This document shows positions 9,443 to 17,912 of a stretch of DNA of 38,108 nucleotides, one piece after another (positions within the stretch are counted from its first letter, which is position 1; the number at the start of each line of letters is the position of its first letter). Under the pieces are notes generated by a model. The model searched no databases and was not told the origin of the DNA. It was given only the letters and a program-made list of their open reading frames with translations. The stretch comes from a virus (Duplodnaviria > Caudoviricetes), in the IMG/VR virus record IMGVR_UViG_3300038520_002504, positions 1-38,108 of that record; one strand, written 5' to 3'. The position numbers and the translations under genes are program-made.

Positions 9443-10777
9443 ATGGCTGCGAACATAAATTATTTTTTACAGAAAGCAGGAGGCGATAAAAGTCGGGCAG
9501 AGAGAATGTTATCTGATTATCAGAGAGCAACTAAAGGTCTAGATGCTGAGACGGCATTTAAGGCACTAGATGGTGGTGGAAGCTTTGACACCAAAGGTGG
9601 TGACATGCAGCGTTACAACCGGATGATGGAAGCAAAAAAGAAAGCTCAAACTATTCAAAACAAGCCAAAAAGAATCGAAAACCAACTGAATCAAGCCGGT
9701 AGTAGGATTGAAAAGAAGAACGCAAAGATCGAGCGAAAGGATCAGAAAATTGAAAAGCTTAAAGCTCAGGTAGCTAAGAAGGACGATAAGATGGTCCAAG
9801 CCAAAGAAAAGGCTCAATCATTCAAGCAAGCCAACGAGGCATATTTTGCTGATGCTCAAAAACGTCACGGAATTAAAAATAAATCTGCTGCAGAGCTAAA
9901 GGCCCTGTTTGACAAACAAACTGCAGGCCTTGACAAAGAACTGGCATTTAAAGCTTTGGATGGTGGTCGTATGTTTGGCGAGTCTGATATGGCTCGATAC
10001 AAAAAGCTGCTTGAAGAGAAAAACAAACCTGTGACGATTCCTAAACCACAGTCGAAACCGAAGCCTTCCGCAGACGTCAACGTCATGCCGAAACCGAAGC
10101 CTACAAATACTGTTATAGGCACTGGAAACAACCAAATTAATGACTCTCTTAACAACAATGAGGGAATCATTGGTGATGGCAATCAACAGTTCGATAACAG
10201 CGGCAACGTTGATGGAGAACGCAACATGGGAGGCATCGGCAACGTCAACACTGACAATTCCTTTAATGCCGAAGACATTACTGCCACCATTGGCAAGCAA
10301 GGCGATATGGATACCACAATTACTAATAGCCAATTCGGTGCAGGTGCCAGTATCGGTAATGATTACTCTGTCACTGTTGGCAATATGCGCTTTGGCAATA
10401 ATGGTGGAGTTTCTGGTAGTACTAATGCTGATAGTGCCCTAGCAAATATGCAGTCTGCTACTGCCTACAACGCACTAAACGACAATTTCCTTCAACGCTC
10501 TAAATCTCAGTTAAGTGGTTATGGGCGTGCAGGTGGTGCTATTGAAGAAGCCAGAAAAGCTAATTCCCGTCCAAATAGAGATATGGCTGCTGCATTTAAG
10601 TTTGCTGGAGCCAATCAAAACTATCTCCAAGATAAATTAGATCAAGTTCGTTCCCGTTATATGGGATCTACTGTTGGATATCAAGCACCAAGTTTTGCAA
10701 TGCCAATTGCTCCACGTCCTGTTGATCTTGATCCTGCAGAAGATATTTTTGAAAAAGTAATGAAAGATCTTAAATAA
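9443..10777 (+). CDS. Modular hypothetical protein (two GLD...GG...RY motifs, coiled coil, Asn/Gly-rich segment)
   Basis: 444 aa; shares motifs with ORFs 4975 and 10818. Confidence 0.65.
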   Translation: MAANINYFLQKAGGDKSRAERMLSDYQRATKGLDAETAFKALDGGGSFDTKGGDMQRYNRMMEAKKKAQTIQNKPKRIENQLNQAGSRIEKKNAKIERKDQKIEKLKAQVAKKDDKMVQAKEKAQSFKQANEAYFADAQKRHGIKNKSAAELKALFDKQTAGLDKELAFKALDGGRMFGESDMARYKKLLEEKNKPVTIPKPQSKPKPSADVNVMPKPKPTNTVIGTGNNQINDSLNNNEGIIGDGNQQFDNSGNVDGERNMGGIGNVNTDNSFNAEDITATIGKQGDMDTTITNSQFGAGASIGNDYSVTVGNMRFGNNGGVSGSTNADSALANMQSATAYNALNDNFLQRSKSQLSGYGRAGGAIEEARKANSRPNRDMAAAFKFAGANQNYLQDKLDQVRSRYMGSTVGYQAPSFAMPIAPRPVDLDPAEDIFEKVMKDLK

Positions 10778-10817
10778 CAATTATGTAGAATAGGTTTATG
10801 CCTATTTGATACAAATA

Positions 10818-11456
10818 ATGTCCAAAACTAGAATGGCGGGCAGTGATGAGTTCAAAAAAGGACTCAGTCTTGCACAACGTAATGAGAAAGCACGTGAGCG
10901 CATCGCTGCTGATCCAGAGCGTGCCGCGGCAAGATTAGGCATGGTAGATAGAAATAAATACGATCTTTCTGGATATAGCGATAAGGATATTATTATGGCT
11001 TTCCAGGGAGGAAAGTTTGCTGAAGATGATTACTCTCGTTTAACCGGCAAGCCAATTGCAGAGCCTGCACCGACTGAGCCTAAGAATCCTGCTAACGATA
11101 TTGGTACTGAGCCTGTTGTATCTTCAGCACCAGTAATGGAGTCACCCTTTGAATTACGTCCAGAGCCTACTTCACCTGTATTCCAAGTACCAGTAATGCC
11201 TCCTATTGAAGAAGAAGCGCCTGTCTTTGTGATTGGCGGAGGTACAGGATCGTTTAATGCTGGCGATATTGATGCCAATATTGGCAAGACTGGAGATATG
11301 ACTACAAATATTGAAGACAGCACTTTTGGTGACAATGCCAGCATTGGGAATGACTACAGCCAAACTAGAGGGTCAATGATGTTTGGTAATTCCTTAACAT
11401 TGCCACGGCGACGTTTAGCTGAAGAAGGTGCATTTGCTGGACTACGGTTTAACTGA
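10818..11456 (+). CDS. Hypothetical protein paralogous to 9443..10777
   Basis: A 47-aa segment is 32/47 identical to ORF 9443; ATG at 10818 preferred over TTG at 10806 because TAGAAT lies 26 nt upstream of it. Confidence 0.65.
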   Translation: MSKTRMAGSDEFKKGLSLAQRNEKARERIAADPERAAARLGMVDRNKYDLSGYSDKDIIMAFQGGKFAEDDYSRLTGKPIAEPAPTEPKNPANDIGTEPVVSSAPVMESPFELRPEPTSPVFQVPVMPPIEEEAPVFVIGGGTGSFNAGDIDANIGKTGDMTTNIEDSTFGDNASIGNDYSQTRGSMMFGNSLTLPRRRLAEEGAFAGLRFN

Positions 11457-11491
11457 TTGCCGTTACACTAAAAGTAAATAGAGGATAAGGG

Positions 11492-13687
11492 ATGGCTAAT
11501 CATCAATTTAAGGAAATACTCACCGCTGCAAAGGAAAAGCGAGGGGATCTTCCCATTGACACAATGATTGTATCCTCGCATCTTGCTCAGATGCGTATGT
11601 TTATTCTTCGCAGAGGTGTTGAATTTTATAGCGAACAAGATTCGTATGGTGGTCGTAAATCTTTTTTAAAAAAAGTCTATGAGCACAACATGCTTGAAAT
11701 GAAACTCGACAGTATTGTCGATTATTTCTTATGTGATGGTCAAGGTTTATTTTACTTTCGACCCCAAGGAGAGACCTATCAACTGCTCTATTTTCCTAAA
11801 GATAGTTATCGTTGCTATCGTGACCAGTTTGGTGATATTGAACATGTAGAACTTGTATACAGTTTTGGTGTCAAAGAACCAAATCTGATGGACGCAATGT
11901 CCATGCCTAATCCTCGCGGCGGAAAGAAAAAGTATATTCGCTTGAAGGTTTACAAAGACAAGATTATTCAAACAATCTCTAACGAGAAAATTGACTTCGA
12001 AGATCAAGGAGGAATGCCTACTTTTCCTATGGGACAAGCAGGTCAAACTGAAGAATTGACTAACAGTCTCGGATTTATTCCTGCTGTTGAAGTCTTTAAT
12101 AACATCGACTGCACGGGCGAAAACACCGGAAGTGGGGAATTTGATCAGCTGTCAAATCAAATTTTATTTCACGACGAGCTAGTGCGTAATGTTCGAAAGA
12201 ACATGAAGTTCTTTGGAAATCCAACTTTAGTTTCTAGTCGGCCTCGTCACGATATTCTTGAGTCTGGTGAAGAAGGCAATATGAAGCCAACCATTAGTTC
12301 TCAAGCTGGCTTTTTTGCAATGGATCGGCCTAGCACACGTGTAAGTGCACCCGGTTTTGGATCAAGCATTGATGGTCAAATCAAAGTACCTAGAGTTATT
12401 GCCAACCTTGAACCGACTGATCGAGTGTCTTACATGACACCTGATGCTGTAAGTGGTGACCAAAATCTGTATGTAAAACAATATCGATCTGAAATTCGTC
12501 TAGCATTAGGCGGTGTAGATGATATTGATATTAATACCGCAGCATCTGCTTATGAGATGAAATCTCTTTATGGTAGATGTGCCGCAACTGCAGAAAAGAA
12601 ATGCAAAGCATTGTTTGACTTTGGTTTGTGTAAATTATTTTCAATGATGATTCAGCATGAAGAGCATATCTTTGAAGAATCATTTTCAAAAGCTATGGAG
12701 CTTGAAAAGCCAAGCATTCCTCTACGCGAAGAATTTGAAACTGAAGAACTTTATAATGATGCTGAACTGCAATATCAAATTGATCAGAAACAATACCTAG
12801 ATGATAGAGCACAACTCTTTTCTGCTAGTATTGAGTCAGGTCAAATACCTGAAGGGGTTACTGGTTTAATCCCTGACGGCAGCAGCAAAGTTAATTGGCG
12901 CTGGACCGGTGAGATTTTCGAAGAGGATTCTCAGGGCATTCTTAATAATAGTATCGTCGTCAGAAACCTCCAAGAACTAGGTGTTGATTCTATTGAAGCC
13001 CTTAAGTATCTCTTCCCCAGCAAAACTGACGAAGAACGCTCAGCAATGTTGACCGGCTATCCCTTCAGGATGGTCCAGCAATCCCAACAAAGTTTCAATA
13101 CATTCATTGGGATGTTAGGTCAGTTGTATCAGCTGCCCCACCCGCAAATGCCTAATCAGCCATTGGCGGCTGATCCGAATCTTGACATCACAGGATTCCT
13201 CTATCGATCCCTTGAATTTTTACGTAAGGAGTTAAGTTACAGTGGAAAGTATCAGTCAGACGACAGCACCGTCCGCGCCCGTAAGCTCAGCGATGCCGAC
13301 CGCAAGCGTGCCCGACTCGGCCTCCCAATTCGCGACGAACAGCCCGTCGAGCTTCCAGGCTCAAGCGCCGGTAATGCCCCAGGCACCGGCAACTTACCAA
13401 CCGGCAGCGGCCCCGCAGGCTTCGGCTCCGGCAGCGGCCAGCAATCCATGGCAGGAAGCATTCCAGGCACTATCCGCAAGCCTGAATTCGCCGCAAGCGT
13501 CCCAAGCCCCGGCACCGTACTCGGCGTATCAAACGCCAACACCACAGGCCAGTATCCAGGCTCCGCTGGCTTCTCAGCCCCAGGCTCCGGAATGGGCAAG
13601 CCAGGCGATGCCGACTTACGCTCCCCAAGCTTCAACCCCAACTTATTCGGCCCAGGAGGCGGCGTATCTGTCCCAGCTTCAAGCTGA
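11492..13687 (+). CDS. Portal protein with long low-complexity C-terminal extension
   Basis: 731 aa downstream of terL; portal-like elements NSLGFIPAVEVFN, GSGEF..L..QI, FFGNPTLV; the last ~148 codons overlap the next gene. Confidence 0.75.
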   Translation: MANHQFKEILTAAKEKRGDLPIDTMIVSSHLAQMRMFILRRGVEFYSEQDSYGGRKSFLKKVYEHNMLEMKLDSIVDYFLCDGQGLFYFRPQGETYQLLYFPKDSYRCYRDQFGDIEHVELVYSFGVKEPNLMDAMSMPNPRGGKKKYIRLKVYKDKIIQTISNEKIDFEDQGGMPTFPMGQAGQTEELTNSLGFIPAVEVFNNIDCTGENTGSGEFDQLSNQILFHDELVRNVRKNMKFFGNPTLVSSRPRHDILESGEEGNMKPTISSQAGFFAMDRPSTRVSAPGFGSSIDGQIKVPRVIANLEPTDRVSYMTPDAVSGDQNLYVKQYRSEIRLALGGVDDIDINTAASAYEMKSLYGRCAATAEKKCKALFDFGLCKLFSMMIQHEEHIFEESFSKAMELEKPSIPLREEFETEELYNDAELQYQIDQKQYLDDRAQLFSASIESGQIPEGVTGLIPDGSSKVNWRWTGEIFEEDSQGILNNSIVVRNLQELGVDSIEALKYLFPSKTDEERSAMLTGYPFRMVQQSQQSFNTFIGMLGQLYQLPHPQMPNQPLAADPNLDITGFLYRSLEFLRKELSYSGKYQSDDSTVRARKLSDADRKRARLGLPIRDEQPVELPGSSAGNAPGTGNLPTGSGPAGFGSGSGQQSMAGSIPGTIRKPEFAASVPSPGTVLGVSNANTTGQYPGSAGFSAPGSGMGKPGDADLRSPSFNPNLFGPGGGVSVPASS

Positions 13688-14261
13688 ACAAGCCGCCCAG
13701 TATCAAGCCGCCCCCGCTCCCGCAGCTGATTCTTACCTGAGTCAGATTTCTGACGTCTCTCTTGAAGTGCTTGAGCACTTTGGTGCTGAGGCTCCTGCTC
13801 TGCTCAATAACTACGCCTGTGCAGTGGAAGACGCTCTGATCGAGCAAGTCGGCCGCAACACCACCATGAATACCATGCTGGACGCTGCTTCTGAAGAGCG
13901 TGCTGCTATGAACATCATGCTGACTGATCCCGATGTCCTCGCTGACTACGTTAACGGCTTCTTTGGTGCAGAAGGTCCCTACCCGACTGAAACTCCTGAA
14001 GAGACTGCTGCACGCGAACAGTATGAAGCTCGTGCTCAGTTCGAGCAAGAAATTATTGCTCAAGAACAACGTGGCGTTCCTCAGTCCTTCGAGCGTCCTC
14101 AAATGGACATGCCCACCCCTGGCCGTCAAGAGTCAGGCGCTGGTTCCTTCTGGGGTGACTTTAGCGCCATGATGGACAATAATCCTGAGAATGCTTGGCA
14201 GTATCTTGCCCAGGCTGGTCCTCAAGCTTTCCAATCCAAGATGTTGGTTCAGGACTACTGA
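13242..14261 (+). CDS. Putative capsid scaffolding protein
   Basis: GTG start with AAGGAG at 13226-13231; acidic Ala/Pro/Gln-rich; located between portal and MCP; codon style like MCP; followed by a strong terminator. Confidence 0.65.
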   Translation: MESISQTTAPSAPVSSAMPTASVPDSASQFATNSPSSFQAQAPVMPQAPATYQPAAAPQASAPAAASNPWQEAFQALSASLNSPQASQAPAPYSAYQTPTPQASIQAPLASQPQAPEWASQAMPTYAPQASTPTYSAQEAAYLSQLQAEQAAQYQAAPAPAADSYLSQISDVSLEVLEHFGAEAPALLNNYACAVEDALIEQVGRNTTMNTMLDAASEERAAMNIMLTDPDVLADYVNGFFGAEGPYPTETPEETAAREQYEARAQFEQEIIAQEQRGVPQSFERPQMDMPTPGRQESGAGSFWGDFSAMMDNNPENAWQYLAQAGPQAFQSKMLVQDY

Positions 14262-14272
14262 TCTAAATAACG

Positions 14273-14297
14273 AAAGGGTCACTTCGGTGGCCCTTTT
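14273..14297 (+). terminator. Rho-independent terminator
   Basis: aaagggtcac-TTCG-gtggcccttt hairpin (cUUCGg loop) ending in a T-run, right after the scaffold stop. Confidence 0.85.
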
Positions 14298-14326
14298 ACA
14301 ATAGAAGTATAGAAAGTATTTGAACA

Positions 14327-14815
14327 ATGGCTCAACGTATTCAACAAATGGGTGAGGCTCCTTATGCACGGGAGGCAATGCAATTCTCCTCTATGAAGCA
14401 GGGTCTCGGAGCCATGACTCCTCCCAACCAAGGCATGACCAACATGATGGATGGTGGGATGGCAAGCAAGCCTGGTGCTAATGCACAGCTGCAACGCCAA
14501 GGTGATCTGAAACTTCAAAACATTCAACAGAACACTATTTCTGCTATTCCTCAGCAAGTGGCTGCTTCTCAGGGGATGCAAACCAAAATGATGGCTGAAA
14601 CCTCGACTGTTGAAAGTGCTGCTGCTCAGTATCGGGATATGGCCAAAGCAAATGTAATGGATGCTTATCAATTGACCAAAGGTATGGAAAACTTGAATGC
14701 TGAAATGGATCGCATTGGGCCTGAACAGTTTGAAATGAATATTGCTATTTCTAAGCGTATGGGCGAATCACCTGATCTTGGATCTTTGATTGCTGAAGCT
14801 AATCAATACGGTTAA
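14327..14815 (+). CDS. Met/Gln/Ala-rich hypothetical protein
   Basis: 162 aa ORF; TACAAT at 14297-14302. Confidence 0.65.
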   Translation: MAQRIQQMGEAPYAREAMQFSSMKQGLGAMTPPNQGMTNMMDGGMASKPGANAQLQRQGDLKLQNIQQNTISAIPQQVAASQGMQTKMMAETSTVESAAAQYRDMAKANVMDAYQLTKGMENLNAEMDRIGPEQFEMNIAISKRMGESPDLGSLIAEANQYG

Positions 14816-14857
14816 TAGTTTCGATAGAATAGTTGAAGTCATAGATAGGTAAATTAC

Positions 14858-15187
14858 GTGCGATTAGCAGGTGAAACTCCTAAACAAGATCCTGAGGTAT
14901 TCCAAACTATTTGGAAACACCTTAAGACCGATGGTGTGCCTGATCAAGCTGCCAATCATTTGACAGCTGAAATGCTGCATCACGGTGAAGATCTTGATAG
15001 CTCTATTGAAAAATATGAGCGTTTCTATGACATCTACCGAGAGAAAGGTTTTAACGAACATGCCGCTCAGGCAATGGCAGTTGAAGCCCTCGAAGGTGCA
15101 ACGGAAGCTCCGAAAGAAAGTACAAGATTTGCAATGCTACATAGTGAACCAGAGGAAGAAATAGTAGGCGTAATATCTCGCGCTTAG
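14858..15187 (+). CDS. Hypothetical protein with two short internal helical repeats
   Basis: 109 aa, GTG start; LKTDGVPDQAANHLTAEML resembles YREKGFNEHAAQAMAVEAL. Confidence 0.65.
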   Translation: MRLAGETPKQDPEVFQTIWKHLKTDGVPDQAANHLTAEMLHHGEDLDSSIEKYERFYDIYREKGFNEHAAQAMAVEALEGATEAPKESTRFAMLHSEPEEEIVGVISRA

Positions 15188-15189
15188 TG

Positions 15190-15219
15190 TTGACAAATAA
15201 ATAGAATATACCCTATTAT
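15190..15219 (+). promoter_or_regulatory. Canonical sigma70 promoter of the sigma factor gene
   Basis: TTGACA (15190-15195), 18-nt spacer, TATTAT (15214-15219), 23 nt before the ATG. Confidence 0.7.
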
Positions 15220-15242
15220 TAATAGATAGTCATAGGGATTAT

Positions 15243-16184
15243 ATGAGTGCAATTAAATTAAGTGGAGACTCCGTCCGTTCTTATCTTCGTGATATCGGAC
15301 GGATTCCTCTTTTGGAGCATGACGAAGAAATCCTGCTTGGTCGTCAAGTACAACGACTGATGGAAATTAAAGCATGCAAGGAATTACTTTCTAATCCTAA
15401 TAATGAAGAACTTGCTACATCTTTAGGAGTTACATTAAAAGAACTTCGTCGTGATATTCGTGATGGAGAAAAGGCAAAAGACAAAATGGTTACGGCCAAT
15501 CTCCGGCTCGTCGTTAGTGTCGCAAAGAAATACACAAAGAGGAACATGGAACTCTTGGACATCATCCAAGAGGGGACGATTGGTCTCGTCCGTGGTGTTG
15601 AGAAGTTTGATCCTGGTCGTGGTTATAAGTTCTCTACTTACGCTTATTGGTGGATACGGCAAGGGATTACTCGGGCGATTGCGGAAAAATCACGTGCTAT
15701 ACGACTACCGATCCACGTTACTGAGAACCTCAACAAACTTAAGAAAGCCCAGCGGGAATTAAGCCAACTTAATGGGGAGATGCCGGATGTATTTCAGTTG
15801 TCAGACTACATGGGAATGACTGTTGACGAAATTAAAGATCTGATGTGTAAAGCACGTCAACCAACATCCTTGGAAATCAAGATTGGAGAAAACAGAGATA
15901 CTGCTCTTGTAGATCTATTGGAAGACGAAACACAACTGCCCGACACACTGCTTGAGCGTCAGTTCATCAAAGAAGATATCCGCCATCTCATTGAAGAGCT
16001 GCCTGAGATGCAAGCTGCAGTAATTTCAATGCGGTATGGGATTGGCGAAGATATTCTTGAGCCGATGTCAATGACAGCTATTGGTCAAATCCTAAATATG
16101 TCACGCGATCGTGTACGGACACTAGAGCAAAAAGCTCTTCGTGCATTACGTGATAACCAAGAAGAGGTAAATGGTTATTTGTAA
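15243..16184 (+). CDS. rpoD: RNA polymerase sigma70 factor, RpoD-like, cyanobacterial group-2 type
   Basis: Region 1.2 DSVRSYLRDIGRIPLL; region 2 ANLRLVVSVAKKY...DIIQEGTIGLVRGVEKFDPGRGYKFSTYAYWWIRQGITRAI; region 3 IRLPIH; region 4 HTH SRDRVRTLEQKAL; no region 1.1. Confidence 0.95.
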   Translation: MSAIKLSGDSVRSYLRDIGRIPLLEHDEEILLGRQVQRLMEIKACKELLSNPNNEELATSLGVTLKELRRDIRDGEKAKDKMVTANLRLVVSVAKKYTKRNMELLDIIQEGTIGLVRGVEKFDPGRGYKFSTYAYWWIRQGITRAIAEKSRAIRLPIHVTENLNKLKKAQRELSQLNGEMPDVFQLSDYMGMTVDEIKDLMCKARQPTSLEIKIGENRDTALVDLLEDETQLPDTLLERQFIKEDIRHLIEELPEMQAAVISMRYGIGEDILEPMSMTAIGQILNMSRDRVRTLEQKALRALRDNQEEVNGYL

Positions 16185-16215
16185 TTTACAATAGTGATAG
16201 GCATGCAGATGAGTA

Positions 16216-16893
16216 ATGAACGTCACAGAAGAAATTAATAGCTCAATTCTGCTTATGGGTGGAAGCGGTAGTAGCTTGCCAGCTAACTACGCATCTAGTA
16301 AATCGCTGAATTTTGCCAAAGATTCAGCAACCATTCAAAACGCCAAAACTGAGCGAGTTACAGCAATCCCTCGTCTTATTGACTACAAAGATACTGTAGG
16401 ACTGTTTGGTACAGAGAATGTATTTTTGAAAATTGATTTGGAAGTTGTCTCTTCAGCAAGTGCTTTTTCAAACATCCAAACACCAGAAAATGATTACTTC
16501 CATGTCTGGACTTTTCCAGAAAGTGGAACAACAAATGATTACGATACTGCGATTTTTAATTTTTCAGTAGACACATCTATTGTTAATGGATACGAACCTG
16601 CGAGAACTTCAAATGATTTGTCCCAGTTCAAAAAACCTTATGTCAGTGTAAAGCTGACAAACCTCAAAACCGGAAATCGGTTCCTTGATGCATATTTTGA
16701 CGTCAGACTATACACTAAAAATCGCGAAGAGTTTGCGTATGATGAGATGTTCATCGGGGCAAAAGACTACTTCTATTTAGGCTTTCATGCTCGAAATACA
16801 AAGAGGATTCCTTACAATGTACGTCTTGAGATAGGCGATAAATATATTGAATATTACGAGTTAACTGCAGCTCAGCGCAAGTTAGTTGTCTGA
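16216..16893 (+). CDS. Hypothetical beta-rich protein, possibly structural
   Basis: 225 aa ORF; TACAAT at 16187-16192. Confidence 0.65.
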   Translation: MNVTEEINSSILLMGGSGSSLPANYASSKSLNFAKDSATIQNAKTERVTAIPRLIDYKDTVGLFGTENVFLKIDLEVVSSASAFSNIQTPENDYFHVWTFPESGTTNDYDTAIFNFSVDTSIVNGYEPARTSNDLSQFKKPYVSVKLTNLKTGNRFLDAYFDVRLYTKNREEFAYDEMFIGAKDYFYLGFHARNTKRIPYNVRLEIGDKYIEYYELTAAQRKLVV

Positions 16894-17397
16894 CGTCGAT
16901 TCTTTAGCCTGATCTTTAACCTCAACTTTAATCGTTGTCTTTTTACGACGTTTGAGAGCAGAAGGGCGACGTGGAAACTTTTCCAAAGGAGTAAGCGGCT
17001 CGGGTGGTGCAGGATAAGGAGGCAGTGGAGACACACTACGCTTCAGAACTTTGCCACCAGAAATTTTAGAGAATTGATATTCAACCAACAGATCGGGAGA
17101 CTCATCTTTAAAAATAGCTACCCGATCAATTCGTGCTGCGGGAAAAGTAAAGTTACCAAATCCGTCGTGACGGATCTCAAGATTAATGCGGTCTGCCGAA
17201 GGAATAATTAGACGAACATAAGCCCCATTATCTAGCTTGACTCGAAAGATTGCACACTCGATGTAGGCTCCAGGCTTCTTATTCCACCAACGAGGAAACT
17301 TATGATAACTACCACGCTTGGGAAGGATCAATTGAATATTACCACCAACATTGACAGGAACAGATTGTCCACCTTTGTAGATAACTCGATCAGCCAT
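16882..17397 (-). CDS. Hypothetical protein
   Basis: 171 aa ORF; TAAAAT on the minus strand at 17428-17433. Confidence 0.65.
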   Translation of the reverse strand: MADRVIYKGGQSVPVNVGGNIQLILPKRGSYHKFPRWWNKKPGAYIECAIFRVKLDNGAYVRLIIPSADRINLEIRHDGFGNFTFPAARIDRVAIFKDESPDLLVEYQFSKISGGKVLKRSVSPLPPYPAPPEPLTPLEKFPRRPSALKRRKKTTIKVEVKDQAKESTSDN

Positions 17398-17405
17398 TAG
17401 ATGTG

Positions 17406-17798
17406 TTACTCAATTTCTACTTTCTCTATTTTAGTTATTTTTTGCTGCTGACGTTTGATCCACATTAGGTTTTCTACTTTATTATTTTTCTTATTGCCAT
17501 CAATGTGCCGAACAACACTACAGCCTTTACGCTTACCGTAAGGAGTTGGTGGCAGTCCTAAAAAAGCGAAAGCCACAAGTGTATGAACGGGAATAGTAAG
17601 TATCTTTTTACGACCTACACGCTGCGTTAAATTAACTACAGGATATCCAGTCTTTGCAATTTTTTGTTTAAGAATACGTTCAATTGTCCCTTTAGTGCTT
17701 TTGATATCACCAGAAGCATTTACATAATATTCAATGCAGCATTCGAAACCGGGAAGAGTATGCACAGGCACCCATTCCTTGCTATCGATAAATTCCAT
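17406..17798 (-). CDS. NUMOD4/HNH homing-endonuclease-like protein, possibly degenerate
   Basis: EWVPV...YYVNASGDIKS...ILKQ...GYPVVNL...VHTLVAFAFLG...VRHIDGNKKNNKVENLMW. Confidence 0.85.
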   Translation of the reverse strand: MEFIDSKEWVPVHTLPGFECCIEYYVNASGDIKSTKGTIERILKQKIAKTGYPVVNLTQRVGRKKILTIPVHTLVAFAFLGLPPTPYGKRKGCSVVRHIDGNKKNNKVENLMWIKRQQQKITKIEKVEIE

Positions 17799-17912
17799 TA
17801 CCTAATATTCTTGGGTATTCATATAAAAATTATATCTAATTTAAGTAACATCTAGTTATGCGGCAAAGTCGAATGTCGCTTATAAACCTTTTAGTTTTGG
17901 AGTTACGATCCG

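Noticed and set aside
10806-10817. TTG start given in the ORF track
   Set aside because: ATG at 10818 fits the typical spacing from TAGAAT (26 nt) better
13252-13641. Third (antisense) ORF within the portal/scaffold overlap
   Set aside because: High GC content and dual coding suppress stop codons; no start signal or promoter motif
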